DNA from: Fibrobacter succinogenes subsp. succinogenes S85
GTDB lineage: Bacteria; Fibrobacterota; Fibrobacteria; Fibrobacterales; Fibrobacteraceae
Direction of reading: 5' to 3'
Length of the DNA stretch: 32,000 nucleotides
NCBI RefSeq assembly: GCF_000146505.1
Contig: NC_017448.1
Span: forward strand, 2,910,001-2,942,000
The translations under genes were made by a program, and so were the position numbers. Of the stretch, positions 9,060 through 16,730 are shown piece by piece; position 1 is the stretch's first letter, and every line of letters starts with the position of its first letter. Below the pieces are notes generated by a model, which did no database searches, had not been told where the DNA came from, and worked only from the letters and a program-made list of their open reading frames with translations.

Positions 9060-9408
9060 GAGCTATTGAAAATTAAGGTTGTCCGTGGACTACGCTACCT
9101 TACTTTTACGGAGGTTCCCGATTCTGTTAAGGGTGCGGAGCAGATTGTAACGGCTTGCAATTCCAAGAACTCCACCAAGGATGTTGCGTCGTTTATTGCG
9201 GCGAAAGATTTGGTTCTTTATGTTGGCTTGGATAGTCGTCTAGTTCGCATCCACGGCAAAAACGTGCAAAAGACATTCCGCATCAACAGGGAATAAGCGA
9301 AGGTATATTAGAAGCTGGAAAGCCCATTTAAACACCTTTTACACGGAAAATTTCAAGATTCCTTGTTTTAATCAACAAAAAATCTATTTTCCTTTAGAGG
9401 TGTTGTTT

Positions 9409-10821
9409 ATGGGATATGTTTGTAACTTTGCGAAGGGCGTTGCCCTTCTTTTCCCGCTATTTCTTTTTGCTTGCGGAAACTCTGAATCGGTGAATTTCAT
9501 TTCGCCGAACGAATCGCTCGTTTCGTTTGGCGGCGAAGCCCAGAGTTCGTCCAGTGAACTTTTGCAAAGTTCATCTTCTTTGACGATTATACAGTCCTCG
9601 TCAATAATCACGCAGTCGTCCTCCTCATCGGTAATCGCGCAATCGTCATCTTCGCGGGTTCCCGTACAATCCTCATCTTCGGTTCTCCCTTCGCCTCCCA
9701 ATAACGGAGTCCCTTACATTCGTATTATAACTTATGATTCTACAAATGTCGATAGCGCCTACGCTCTTTGTTCTGTTGAAATTGCTGGGAACGGAATTTA
9801 TGAGGATTTAGCCCCTGCAAGTGGTAAAATCCGAACTCGTGGAAATTCTACGCGCCTCTGGTACCCTAAAAAGCCTTACCGCGTCAAACTTGATGCAAAG
9901 ACTTCTGTTCTCGGACTCCCTGCCAATAAAGATTGGGTGTTGCTTGCGAATTATCGCGATCAAAGCAAATTCATGAATGCGGTTGCTTTTGATATGGCGC
10001 GTTACATGGGGAGCTTCGCTTTTGTGAACGCCAACCGATTTGTCGAAGTTGAAATCAATGGCGAGTATATGGGCATCTATCAGCTTACCGAGCAAATTGA
10101 ACATGGGGTATCGCGAGTCAATACGGGTAATGGAGGGGTGTTGTTGAGTCTTGACAAGGATGATGGACCGGAACTTTCGCCGAGTGCCACGAATAATTTC
10201 TATAGCAAAATTTACAAGTTGCCTGTTGCCGTCAAGTACCCTAAAAATGTGACCACAACGCAAATCGATACCATATCTGCGAACCTTGCAGTTTTGGAAC
10301 AGGCCATTGCAAATTCCGACTATGACAGCGTTCAAAAACTCATGGATATCAGCAGCTTTATGGATTTTCTAATCTTGCAGGAATTGACGCACAATGTTGA
10401 ATTAGAAGCCCCGCGCAGTATGTATTTGTATAAGGATTCTTCGGGTTTGTATCACATGGGGCCTGTATGGGATTTTGATGGTGGGTTTGCTTATAGCTGG
10501 GATGAAGATACCAAGAAATACTTTGTTGATCAGGACTGGATTTTACATAGAAATCGGACGGTTTCCGGATTCTTTATAAACTTGTTTGCAAATGAAAATT
10601 TCCTGGCTGATTACAAGGCTCGCTGGGGTCAGCTTAAAACAAGTATTCTGGCTGATGTATTTTCAAAGCTAGACGATTATATGTTGCAAACACAAAAGGC
10701 TCTTGAAAATGATGCGATAAAATGGACGCCTGTCCGCAGTTACATTGACGAAGTTCAAAGCCTCAAAAGCTGGCTTACTGAACGCGTGAACCGTTACGAG
10801 TCGGCTTTGCAAAAATACTAG
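9409..10821 (+). CDS. CotH-family (atypical kinase fold) lipoprotein with QSSSS-repeat linker
   Basis: From ORF 9400..10821, with the start set at ATG 9409 (AGAGG 8 nt upstream). Signal and lipobox: MGYVCNFAKGVALLFPLFLFAC. CotH blocks: RGNSTRLWYPKKPYRVKLD...NKDWVLLANYRDQSKFMNAVAFDMARYMG...FVEVEINGEYMGIYQLTEQIE...GPVWDFDGGF. Confidence 0.8.
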   Translation: MGYVCNFAKGVALLFPLFLFACGNSESVNFISPNESLVSFGGEAQSSSSELLQSSSSLTIIQSSSIITQSSSSSVIAQSSSSRVPVQSSSSVLPSPPNNGVPYIRIITYDSTNVDSAYALCSVEIAGNGIYEDLAPASGKIRTRGNSTRLWYPKKPYRVKLDAKTSVLGLPANKDWVLLANYRDQSKFMNAVAFDMARYMGSFAFVNANRFVEVEINGEYMGIYQLTEQIEHGVSRVNTGNGGVLLSLDKDDGPELSPSATNNFYSKIYKLPVAVKYPKNVTTTQIDTISANLAVLEQAIANSDYDSVQKLMDISSFMDFLILQELTHNVELEAPRSMYLYKDSSGLYHMGPVWDFDGGFAYSWDEDTKKYFVDQDWILHRNRTVSGFFINLFANENFLADYKARWGQLKTSILADVFSKLDDYMLQTQKALENDAIKWTPVRSYIDEVQSLKSWLTERVNRYESALQKY

Positions 10822-10887
10822 TTAACAAAAGTTCTCCCCTCGACATTCGCCGGGGGGAGGATGGGTTGGGTGTTGGATTAGCTTTCG

Positions 10888-13122
10888 TTATCTTGTTAGA
10901 TAAAAACCACGATGTTTACGTTGTTTCACAAGACGTCCTCGCAAATCATAAACATGTTCAGAACAGTTCAGCAAAGCTCTTTTCGCACGAGGCTTTAGCG
11001 AAGTTGTTTTAGCATTCGGATCGTCAATGGTAAATTTCCCGCTGCGGGTTGCGTCGCCAAATTCCGCATCGCCACCCTTAGTCGTAATCGTGTAGGTGTA
11101 CTCTCCGCTGACGGTTGGCGTTCCGCTGAAGTATAGGGAATTTGTCTGTGCATTCCATTTGGCTGTTACGCCTGCAGGGAGGTTTTCGACTGTTGCACCA
11201 TCGGCATTCTGGATTGCAAAAGTGAACGGGACAATCGAATCACCGAGTGCGATAGTTTGACTGCTGGATCCTGCGCCCTGCTTGATAATCGCGGCGGGCT
11301 TCGGTGTATGATCGCCGACAAGCGTAATGTCAGGCGTCGGGAACTTGTCCTTATTGCCGTATAACCAAAATCCCAAATGCGGAGGTTGATTGTAGGCGGT
11401 GTTTTGCCAGCTCATGCCGAGACGGTAAATCGGGTCGTGCGCAAGCGTGTACATACGGTGTTCCGTCGGAATCGTAGTTGTGTAGATGTAGAGCTTGGAT
11501 GCGCCATCGTGCAAAATGACTTCTTCGCGCCAGTCGCCTAAAATATCACCGCTAAAGTTCGGCGTTGCCTTGGTGGTGTTGCAGCTGTTGCCCTGCATTT
11601 GGAAAAGTGTGTTGCTCTGTTGCTTGGCATGGTCCCACTTGCTGATGGTCGTATTGTCCAACAGTTCATCAAGCAAGTCGCCATCCCAATAAATACGGAA
11701 GTTATAAGCGGGGCGCTTGTCTGCTTTCCAAATTTTTCCTTTTACGGTATAGGTGTTCCAATTAGCGGCAGACCAAAGTTCGTGTCCACGGTTTAGCGAG
11801 TCCACATCGCCTGCGACGCCGCGCCCGTTGTCTCCGGAGCTCGTTTCGCTAAAAAGCAACTTGCCGGTGCGGGCATCGTGCAAATCGTATCCGTAGGGCT
11901 TTTCTTCGTGAACTTGCCAAACTTCAAGACCGGGATTATCGGGGTCGAGATCGCTCAAGTGCATGGCATCGCCGTGGCCCTTGCCTGTGCGGTACATGAA
12001 TTTTCCATCGTGGTCAACGGCGCAACTTCCTTCAATAATTTCATCAAAGCCGTCGCCATCCACGTCGCCTGCGGAAATGTTGTGATTGCCTTGCCCGTAA
12101 CATTCCTGTCCGCTTGTTGCTGCGTTGTAATACCAGCGTTGTGAAAGGGTTTTGCCATCCCAATCGTAGGCGGTAATTGCCATTCGGGTGTAGTAGCCAC
12201 GCTGGAAAACCATGCTTGGCTTTTTGCCGTCGAGGTAGGCGTTTGTTGCGAGGAATCTATCGACGCGGTTACCGTAGCTATCGCCCCAGCTCTTGACGGT
12301 GCCACGGCCGGGGTTGTAATCGACCGTCGCCATTTCCTTGCCGGTTTCGCCGTTGAAAATCGTGAGCCATTCAGGTCCCGAAAGAATATAGCCGTTCGAG
12401 TTTCTGTAATCCTTGCTGTGGTCTGCGCCTTTTGCAGAACCGAGCGATAAATAATTGCCGCTGCCGTCTTTTGTTCCGGGGGCTGTTTTCACCGCAAATT
12501 CTGCTTTGCCATCGCTATCGTAGTCGCCTACGAGCATCTGCGTGTAGTGAGCCCCTGCGCGAATGTTTACGCCGAGATCGATGCGCCAAAGTTTTTTGCC
12601 GTTTATTTTGTAACAATCAATAATGACATTGCCGGTTTTGCCCTTCTGCGAATTGTCTTTAGAATTGCTCGGATCCCACTTGAGAATCAGCTCAAATTCT
12701 CCATCGCCGTCTACATCGCCTACCGCGATATCGTTCGGGCTGTAGGTGTAATCGCTCCCACCATTCGGACGGTCAAGATTTACGGTCAGATACTGATTAC
12801 TCCAAACAGAAACTGCAGCATCCGCCGCTATTTCTTTGCCGCCGACAACTGCCTTTACGGAGTATTTGCTCGATGCTATTCCTTTCGTATCTGTGTAGTT
12901 GCTTGCTTGTGAGCCCGTAAAACTAGCGATTTTCTCGCCATCGCGATATAGGTTAAAACCGGTCGTATTGCCGTCTGTTCCGAGAACTCGCCAACTGAGG
13001 AAAACCCCGTTAGTCGTCTTTACGGCGACCAAGCCGCGATTCAACCATTCCATCTGTCGCGCAGCCTGCGCACTCCCTAGCCCAAGCGCTAGGGATAATC
13101 CCAAACACCAAATTTTGTTCAT
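10888..13122 (-). CDS. Secreted PL11-family rhamnogalacturonan lyase with Ig-like module and basic tail
   Basis: Signal peptide MNKIWCLGLSLALGLGSAQA. The N-terminal block RQMEWLNRGLVAVKTTNGVFLSWRVLGTD...GFNLYRDGEKI is typical of YesW/YesX-type PL11. FG-GAP-like DVDGDGEFE / DYDSDGKAEF / DVDGDGFDE repeats are present. Ig-like segment: FSGTPTVSGEYTYTITT. Tail: HVYDLRGRLVKQRKHRGFYLTR. Confidence 0.8.
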   Translation of the reverse strand: MNKIWCLGLSLALGLGSAQAARQMEWLNRGLVAVKTTNGVFLSWRVLGTDGNTTGFNLYRDGEKIASFTGSQASNYTDTKGIASSKYSVKAVVGGKEIAADAAVSVWSNQYLTVNLDRPNGGSDYTYSPNDIAVGDVDGDGEFELILKWDPSNSKDNSQKGKTGNVIIDCYKINGKKLWRIDLGVNIRAGAHYTQMLVGDYDSDGKAEFAVKTAPGTKDGSGNYLSLGSAKGADHSKDYRNSNGYILSGPEWLTIFNGETGKEMATVDYNPGRGTVKSWGDSYGNRVDRFLATNAYLDGKKPSMVFQRGYYTRMAITAYDWDGKTLSQRWYYNAATSGQECYGQGNHNISAGDVDGDGFDEIIEGSCAVDHDGKFMYRTGKGHGDAMHLSDLDPDNPGLEVWQVHEEKPYGYDLHDARTGKLLFSETSSGDNGRGVAGDVDSLNRGHELWSAANWNTYTVKGKIWKADKRPAYNFRIYWDGDLLDELLDNTTISKWDHAKQQSNTLFQMQGNSCNTTKATPNFSGDILGDWREEVILHDGASKLYIYTTTIPTEHRMYTLAHDPIYRLGMSWQNTAYNQPPHLGFWLYGNKDKFPTPDITLVGDHTPKPAAIIKQGAGSSSQTIALGDSIVPFTFAIQNADGATVENLPAGVTAKWNAQTNSLYFSGTPTVSGEYTYTITTKGGDAEFGDATRSGKFTIDDPNAKTTSLKPRAKRALLNCSEHVYDLRGRLVKQRKHRGFYLTR

Positions 13123-13249
13123 ATCCTATCCCTTTTATTAGCCGAAAAACCAAACAACAATAATCCGGCAAGATTAATATAAATCTGGATGTTGGTAGTA
13201 TGCCTCGCTTGCTCGATTTCTCGTTGTCTGCGGACAACTGCTTTGCCTA

Positions 13250-13279
13250 TGAAAACACCCCGGCGAAAACGCTGAGGTG
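13250..13279 (-). terminator. Rho-independent terminator after the HEXXH-protein gene
   Basis: On the minus strand: CACCTCAGCG-tttt-CGCCGGGGTG followed by TTTTC, 16 nt after stop 13295-13297. Confidence 0.6.
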
Positions 13280-13294
13280 CTGTGTTTCGTTGCT

Positions 13295-15685
13295 CTATCT
13301 TGTTATGTTAATCGGTCTTGCTTCGCGGTAACTGCCCGTCGTGATTTTTACGATGTAGGTGCCGCGCGGCATTTGGCTCATGTTGAGCGAACGCTTGTGC
13401 AAGCCTGCGTTTTGCATTCCCGTGATTTCTTGTGCAAGCAATGCTCCGAATCCATTGAATAGGCTTATCTTCACATTGTCGCGCTGAGGGAGTGTGTAAT
13501 GGATTTCGAGATTTCCATTACGGAGGGCGAGGTTCATGTGTGTCGAAACTTTGTTGAGTCCGTACATCAGAGCTGTGGTCTTTCCGCTTTCGTCACTGCC
13601 TAATCCGTTGGTAATGCTGACCGTGACTTTGAAAAGGACTGTTTTCCTGTTGTAAGCAAGTCCCTGCGTAAAGCTGTATTTTTCTCCGTTGCTGACGCGG
13701 TTGGGGTAGTGGCCTATCGCGAGAGTCCCGTTTGCCAAATCAGCTTCGCTGAATACATAGGCGGTTTCGCCCCATTCAACGACTTTGCCATCTTTGCTGA
13801 ACCAATGGCCCGGTGTGTTTGCCGTGCTGTTGGTGACGATGTTCCCGTCGTTTTCAAGTGCGAAGAATTGTGCCTGTGTGAGCGTTGCTGTGGTGAGTCC
13901 GAGTTTCTTCGCAACTTCGCTAGCGTTGAATTTTGCAGAAACGGTGGCGTAGTTGTCGTCAATCGGGAGTGTCGCTGTGATGTTGTATGTGGTTGCGCCG
14001 TCCGTGACGATTTTTGCGGAACTGCTGGAGCTCGCGGGCATCTCGATGCTGCTCGAAGATTCCGGCGATACGGAACTGCTCGAACTTGTCGGTGCGTCTC
14101 CGATTTCAGGCCATGCATAATCCAATTTAAAGTTGTTGTAATACTTGACGTTTGCAGCCCCAGCGCCACTGACGCCCGTTTCCAATTTCAACTTATAATC
14201 GTAATGCAGCTTGCGAATTCCCGTGTTGCCGGTGTACTGGTAATCGGTATTCACGATTACCGCGAAAACCATCTGCGAGCCATTCGTCGAAGAAGGCGTC
14301 TTGTCCAGGCGAAGCGTCGCAGAACCTTCGCCCGTAATGGGTTCGCTGTACACAGGTGTACCGTCGGTCGCGCGGTAGCACAGCAAGAAATTCATGTTCT
14401 TGTTATTGGAATTCGCGCCGTTCGGGTAGAAACTCACCGTCACTTCTTTTGCTCCGCTTTGCACCTTCAGCGGCACCACGTTCGAACCCGACCATCCCGG
14501 AGTCGTTTCCTGAATCGGAACAAGGTAACCATTGCTTTCCGTCACCGTCTGGTAAGGCGTCATGGTCCAGGTGTAGCTTTTCCTGTTGTTGTCCCACATG
14601 TCCTGTTCCCAGTAGGTGTCGCTTCCGAAATGCTGGTTCAGCAAATTCTTGATTTCGCCGGACCATTTTTTCATGTCAAGCATCGCAAGCCTTGCGCGGA
14701 ATTCGGTAATGAGCCTGCGCACGCCCGCATCGCCAAGACCCTTGTCGAGGCCGTAGGTCTCGAGCAGGTACTTGGTCTTGCCATAAGCATTTCCGTAAAT
14801 CCAGCGCACCGCACCCGTACCGATCCACGTGCCGATAAAAGTCGGGAAGATGTTGCTGTACTGCGAGCCTCCCAACAGGTAACGCTGATTCTTACCGGTC
14901 ACGCCACCGCCATCGGCGCCGCCACCAGGGCCACCGAAGGTCCCGTCAATCAGCCAGCCCGAATAGGTTTCAATAGGCATAAACGGCGCAATGACCGTCG
15001 CCGCGTTCAAGAATCCCATACCGCTGTAAACACCGTTGCGGTGGCTGAACATATCCTGCTGAATCCAGGTGTTGCCCGCTTCCTGAAACCAGTGCGCATC
15101 CTTTGCGCCGGGGTAACCATTCGTCATCGAGTGAATTCCCTCATGAATCATCGCGTCCATCTGCGCCACGCGATCACGGTAAGGGCAACTCGTATTGAAG
15201 CTATACAGCGGATAGAACGAAGCGGCCACGGCCGTGTAGCCTGCTACCCATGTTTGCCAACCGCCCGTAGTATCCGTCTTTGCGCCACCGGCACACGTAC
15301 CCGAACCGTAGTAATAAACGGCGCTGTACTGACCTTCTTGTGCTTGGGCATCCGGCGCCCATCCCATCTCATTGTACAAATACTCAAAATCGGTATCGTA
15401 CTTCTTAAGAATCGAATCAATCGTCACATCGGTAATGCGGCTGTCGCGATCCTTGCCCCAGTAAAACGCCCACCACTTACCGGCCTTCTTTCCGGTAACG
15501 CCCGAACAATTGTTGTTGAACTTGGTCGGCGGCTTGATTTCGCCTAGGTTCGATTTGGTATCGTAATCCAAATCTGAACGATAGCCGGGCCAAGTGTAGG
15601 CATCGCCAGGTGCCGCGTAAACGTTAATGCTTAGGGCGAACGTCAATGCCGTGCCCGGAATCCATCCCAAACAACTTTTTTGCAT
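13295..15685 (-). CDS. Secreted protein of unknown function with HEXXH-X16-E (gluzincin-like) motif, Ser-rich linker and T9SS-type C-terminal domain
   Basis: From ORF 13295..15697, with the start set at ATG 15685 (GGAG 7 nt upstream). Signal peptide MQKSCLGWIPGTALTFALSINVYA. HEGIH is encoded at 15131-15145 (checked by hand: CAT GAG GGA ATT CAC), followed by ...HWFQEAGN. Linker: TSSSSSVSPESSSSIEMPASSSSS. Tail: VKISLFNGFGALLAQEI...MPRGTYIVKITTG. Confidence 0.7.
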   Translation of the reverse strand: MQKSCLGWIPGTALTFALSINVYAAPGDAYTWPGYRSDLDYDTKSNLGEIKPPTKFNNNCSGVTGKKAGKWWAFYWGKDRDSRITDVTIDSILKKYDTDFEYLYNEMGWAPDAQAQEGQYSAVYYYGSGTCAGGAKTDTTGGWQTWVAGYTAVAASFYPLYSFNTSCPYRDRVAQMDAMIHEGIHSMTNGYPGAKDAHWFQEAGNTWIQQDMFSHRNGVYSGMGFLNAATVIAPFMPIETYSGWLIDGTFGGPGGGADGGGVTGKNQRYLLGGSQYSNIFPTFIGTWIGTGAVRWIYGNAYGKTKYLLETYGLDKGLGDAGVRRLITEFRARLAMLDMKKWSGEIKNLLNQHFGSDTYWEQDMWDNNRKSYTWTMTPYQTVTESNGYLVPIQETTPGWSGSNVVPLKVQSGAKEVTVSFYPNGANSNNKNMNFLLCYRATDGTPVYSEPITGEGSATLRLDKTPSSTNGSQMVFAVIVNTDYQYTGNTGIRKLHYDYKLKLETGVSGAGAANVKYYNNFKLDYAWPEIGDAPTSSSSSVSPESSSSIEMPASSSSSAKIVTDGATTYNITATLPIDDNYATVSAKFNASEVAKKLGLTTATLTQAQFFALENDGNIVTNSTANTPGHWFSKDGKVVEWGETAYVFSEADLANGTLAIGHYPNRVSNGEKYSFTQGLAYNRKTVLFKVTVSITNGLGSDESGKTTALMYGLNKVSTHMNLALRNGNLEIHYTLPQRDNVKISLFNGFGALLAQEITGMQNAGLHKRSLNMSQMPRGTYIVKITTGSYREARPINITR

Positions 15686-15780
15686 AACACACTCCATTTT
15701 TATGCTATTTAGAGAAATAATTTTTGGTGTGCCCTAGCGCAAGTTTTTAAGAAAAATGGAATGATTTTCTGTGTTAGAAG

Positions 15781-15858
15781 TGTGTAAATGTGTAAGAATA
15801 ATTAATGAAATATATTTATTTAATTGTAAATTTGTGTATTTTATTGATTTTTGTGTAA
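15781..15858. promoter_or_regulatory. Very AT-rich divergent promoter region with repeated TGTGTA(A/T)/TGTAAAT motifs
   Basis: TGTGTAA at 15781-15787, 15789-15795 and 15852-15858. TGTAAAT at 15825-15831. TGTGTAT at 15833-15839. TAAATTTG at 15827-15834. The region lies between the minus-strand HEXXH gene and plus-strand cassette 2. Confidence 0.3.
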
Positions 15859-15878
15859 AAAATTTCTAGTTTAAAACC

Positions 15879-16730
15879 ATGTGCATTGCGCTTGAACATC
15901 TGTTTGACTATGACGACTTCCGCAAGTTCCTGCAAGACTATTTTGAGGAACAGAAGAAAATGCGGTCGGTGTTTTCGCATCGATTTTTTGCAGCAAAAGC
16001 GGGATTCAGTAGCTCTTCTTATTGCCTGAATGTTATCCGTGGGCGCTTCAATTTGACTCCGAAATCCATCGAGAAAATTTCAAAGGCGATGGAATTCGAA
16101 CCGTTGCAAAAGACGTATTTCGAGGTGCTGGTGCAGTACAACCAGGCGCAACAAGTTGCCGAACGCGAACACGCCTGGAACCAGATTGTCCAGATTCGCA
16201 AGCAGATAGAATTTACACATGTCACGACTCGTGAACAGGGATACTTCGAAAAGTGGTATTATCCGATTGTGCGCGAATTGGCGGTATCGTCGGATTGGGA
16301 TGGTGACTACCGTGTGTTGGCGCGTTCAGTTGTGCCGCAGATAACGACGGACGAGGCTCGCGATGCGGTGAAAAAGCTGCTGGAATGGGGACTCTTGAAA
16401 AAAGAGGGTGAACGCTATGTTGAAACATCGCAAATGCTCGATGCTTCGGAAATTCCGCCAATGGCTTTGCGACGAATTCGTCATGAGTATATGCAGCATG
16501 CGATGGGGGCTGTGGAATCCATGCCCAAAGATGAGCGCTTTGCCGCATTCACGACTCTTGCAATGAGTGAAAAATCCTACAATTATGCAGTAAAGGTGCT
16601 GGAAGATGCTCGCAAGAAGATTATTGCCCGTGCGGCAAATGATTCGGAAGTGGAACGCGTTTACGAAATGATGCTTGTGGCGTTCCCGATGAGCAAGAAA
16701 ATAGGGAAGGAGGCGGAAAATGAAAAATAG
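15879..16730 (+). CDS. Cassette 2 TIGR02147-family protein (HTH, DUF4423-like)
   Basis: A textbook TIGR02147 N-terminus: LFDYDDFRKFLQDYFEEQKKMRSVFSHRFFAAKAGFSSSSYCLNVIRGRFNLTPKSIEKISKAMEF...YFEVLVQYNQA. This is followed by FEKWYYPIVRELA and a winged-helix-like KKLLEWGLLKKEGERYVETS. No TM segment. The 3' end overlaps the next gene by 11 nt. Confidence 0.9.
   Translation: MCIALEHLFDYDDFRKFLQDYFEEQKKMRSVFSHRFFAAKAGFSSSSYCLNVIRGRFNLTPKSIEKISKAMEFEPLQKTYFEVLVQYNQAQQVAEREHAWNQIVQIRKQIEFTHVTTREQGYFEKWYYPIVRELAVSSDWDGDYRVLARSVVPQITTDEARDAVKKLLEWGLLKKEGERYVETSQMLDASEIPPMALRRIRHEYMQHAMGAVESMPKDERFAAFTTLAMSEKSYNYAVKVLEDARKKIIARAANDSEVERVYEMMLVAFPMSKKIGKEAENEK

Noticed and set aside
9051-9296. 81-codon plus-strand ORF in the PL1/CotH intergenic region
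   Set aside because: It has only a TTG start that lies inside a hairpin, no ribosome-binding site, no in-frame ATG and no recognisable family. I did not call it as a CDS but flagged the whole region as a finding.
9384-9701. 105-aa acidic minus-strand ORF (DEDC/EDD repeats)
   Set aside because: It is the reverse-complement reading of the Ser-rich QSSSS linker of the CotH gene, so it is an artefact of the repeat.
10834-10859. CTCCCC...GGGGAG hairpin between the convergent CotH and PL11 genes as a terminator
   Set aside because: The stem is only 6 bp, the loop is 14 nt and there is no flanking T or A run. That is too weak to call as a terminator.
13709-15547. 612-aa plus-strand ORF (and the smaller ORFs at 13714..14169, 14356..14652 and 14403..14666)
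   Set aside because: They are antisense to or out of frame with the HEXXH-protein gene, which has a signal peptide, linker and sorting tail. Their composition is Arg-rich shadow-ORF sequence.
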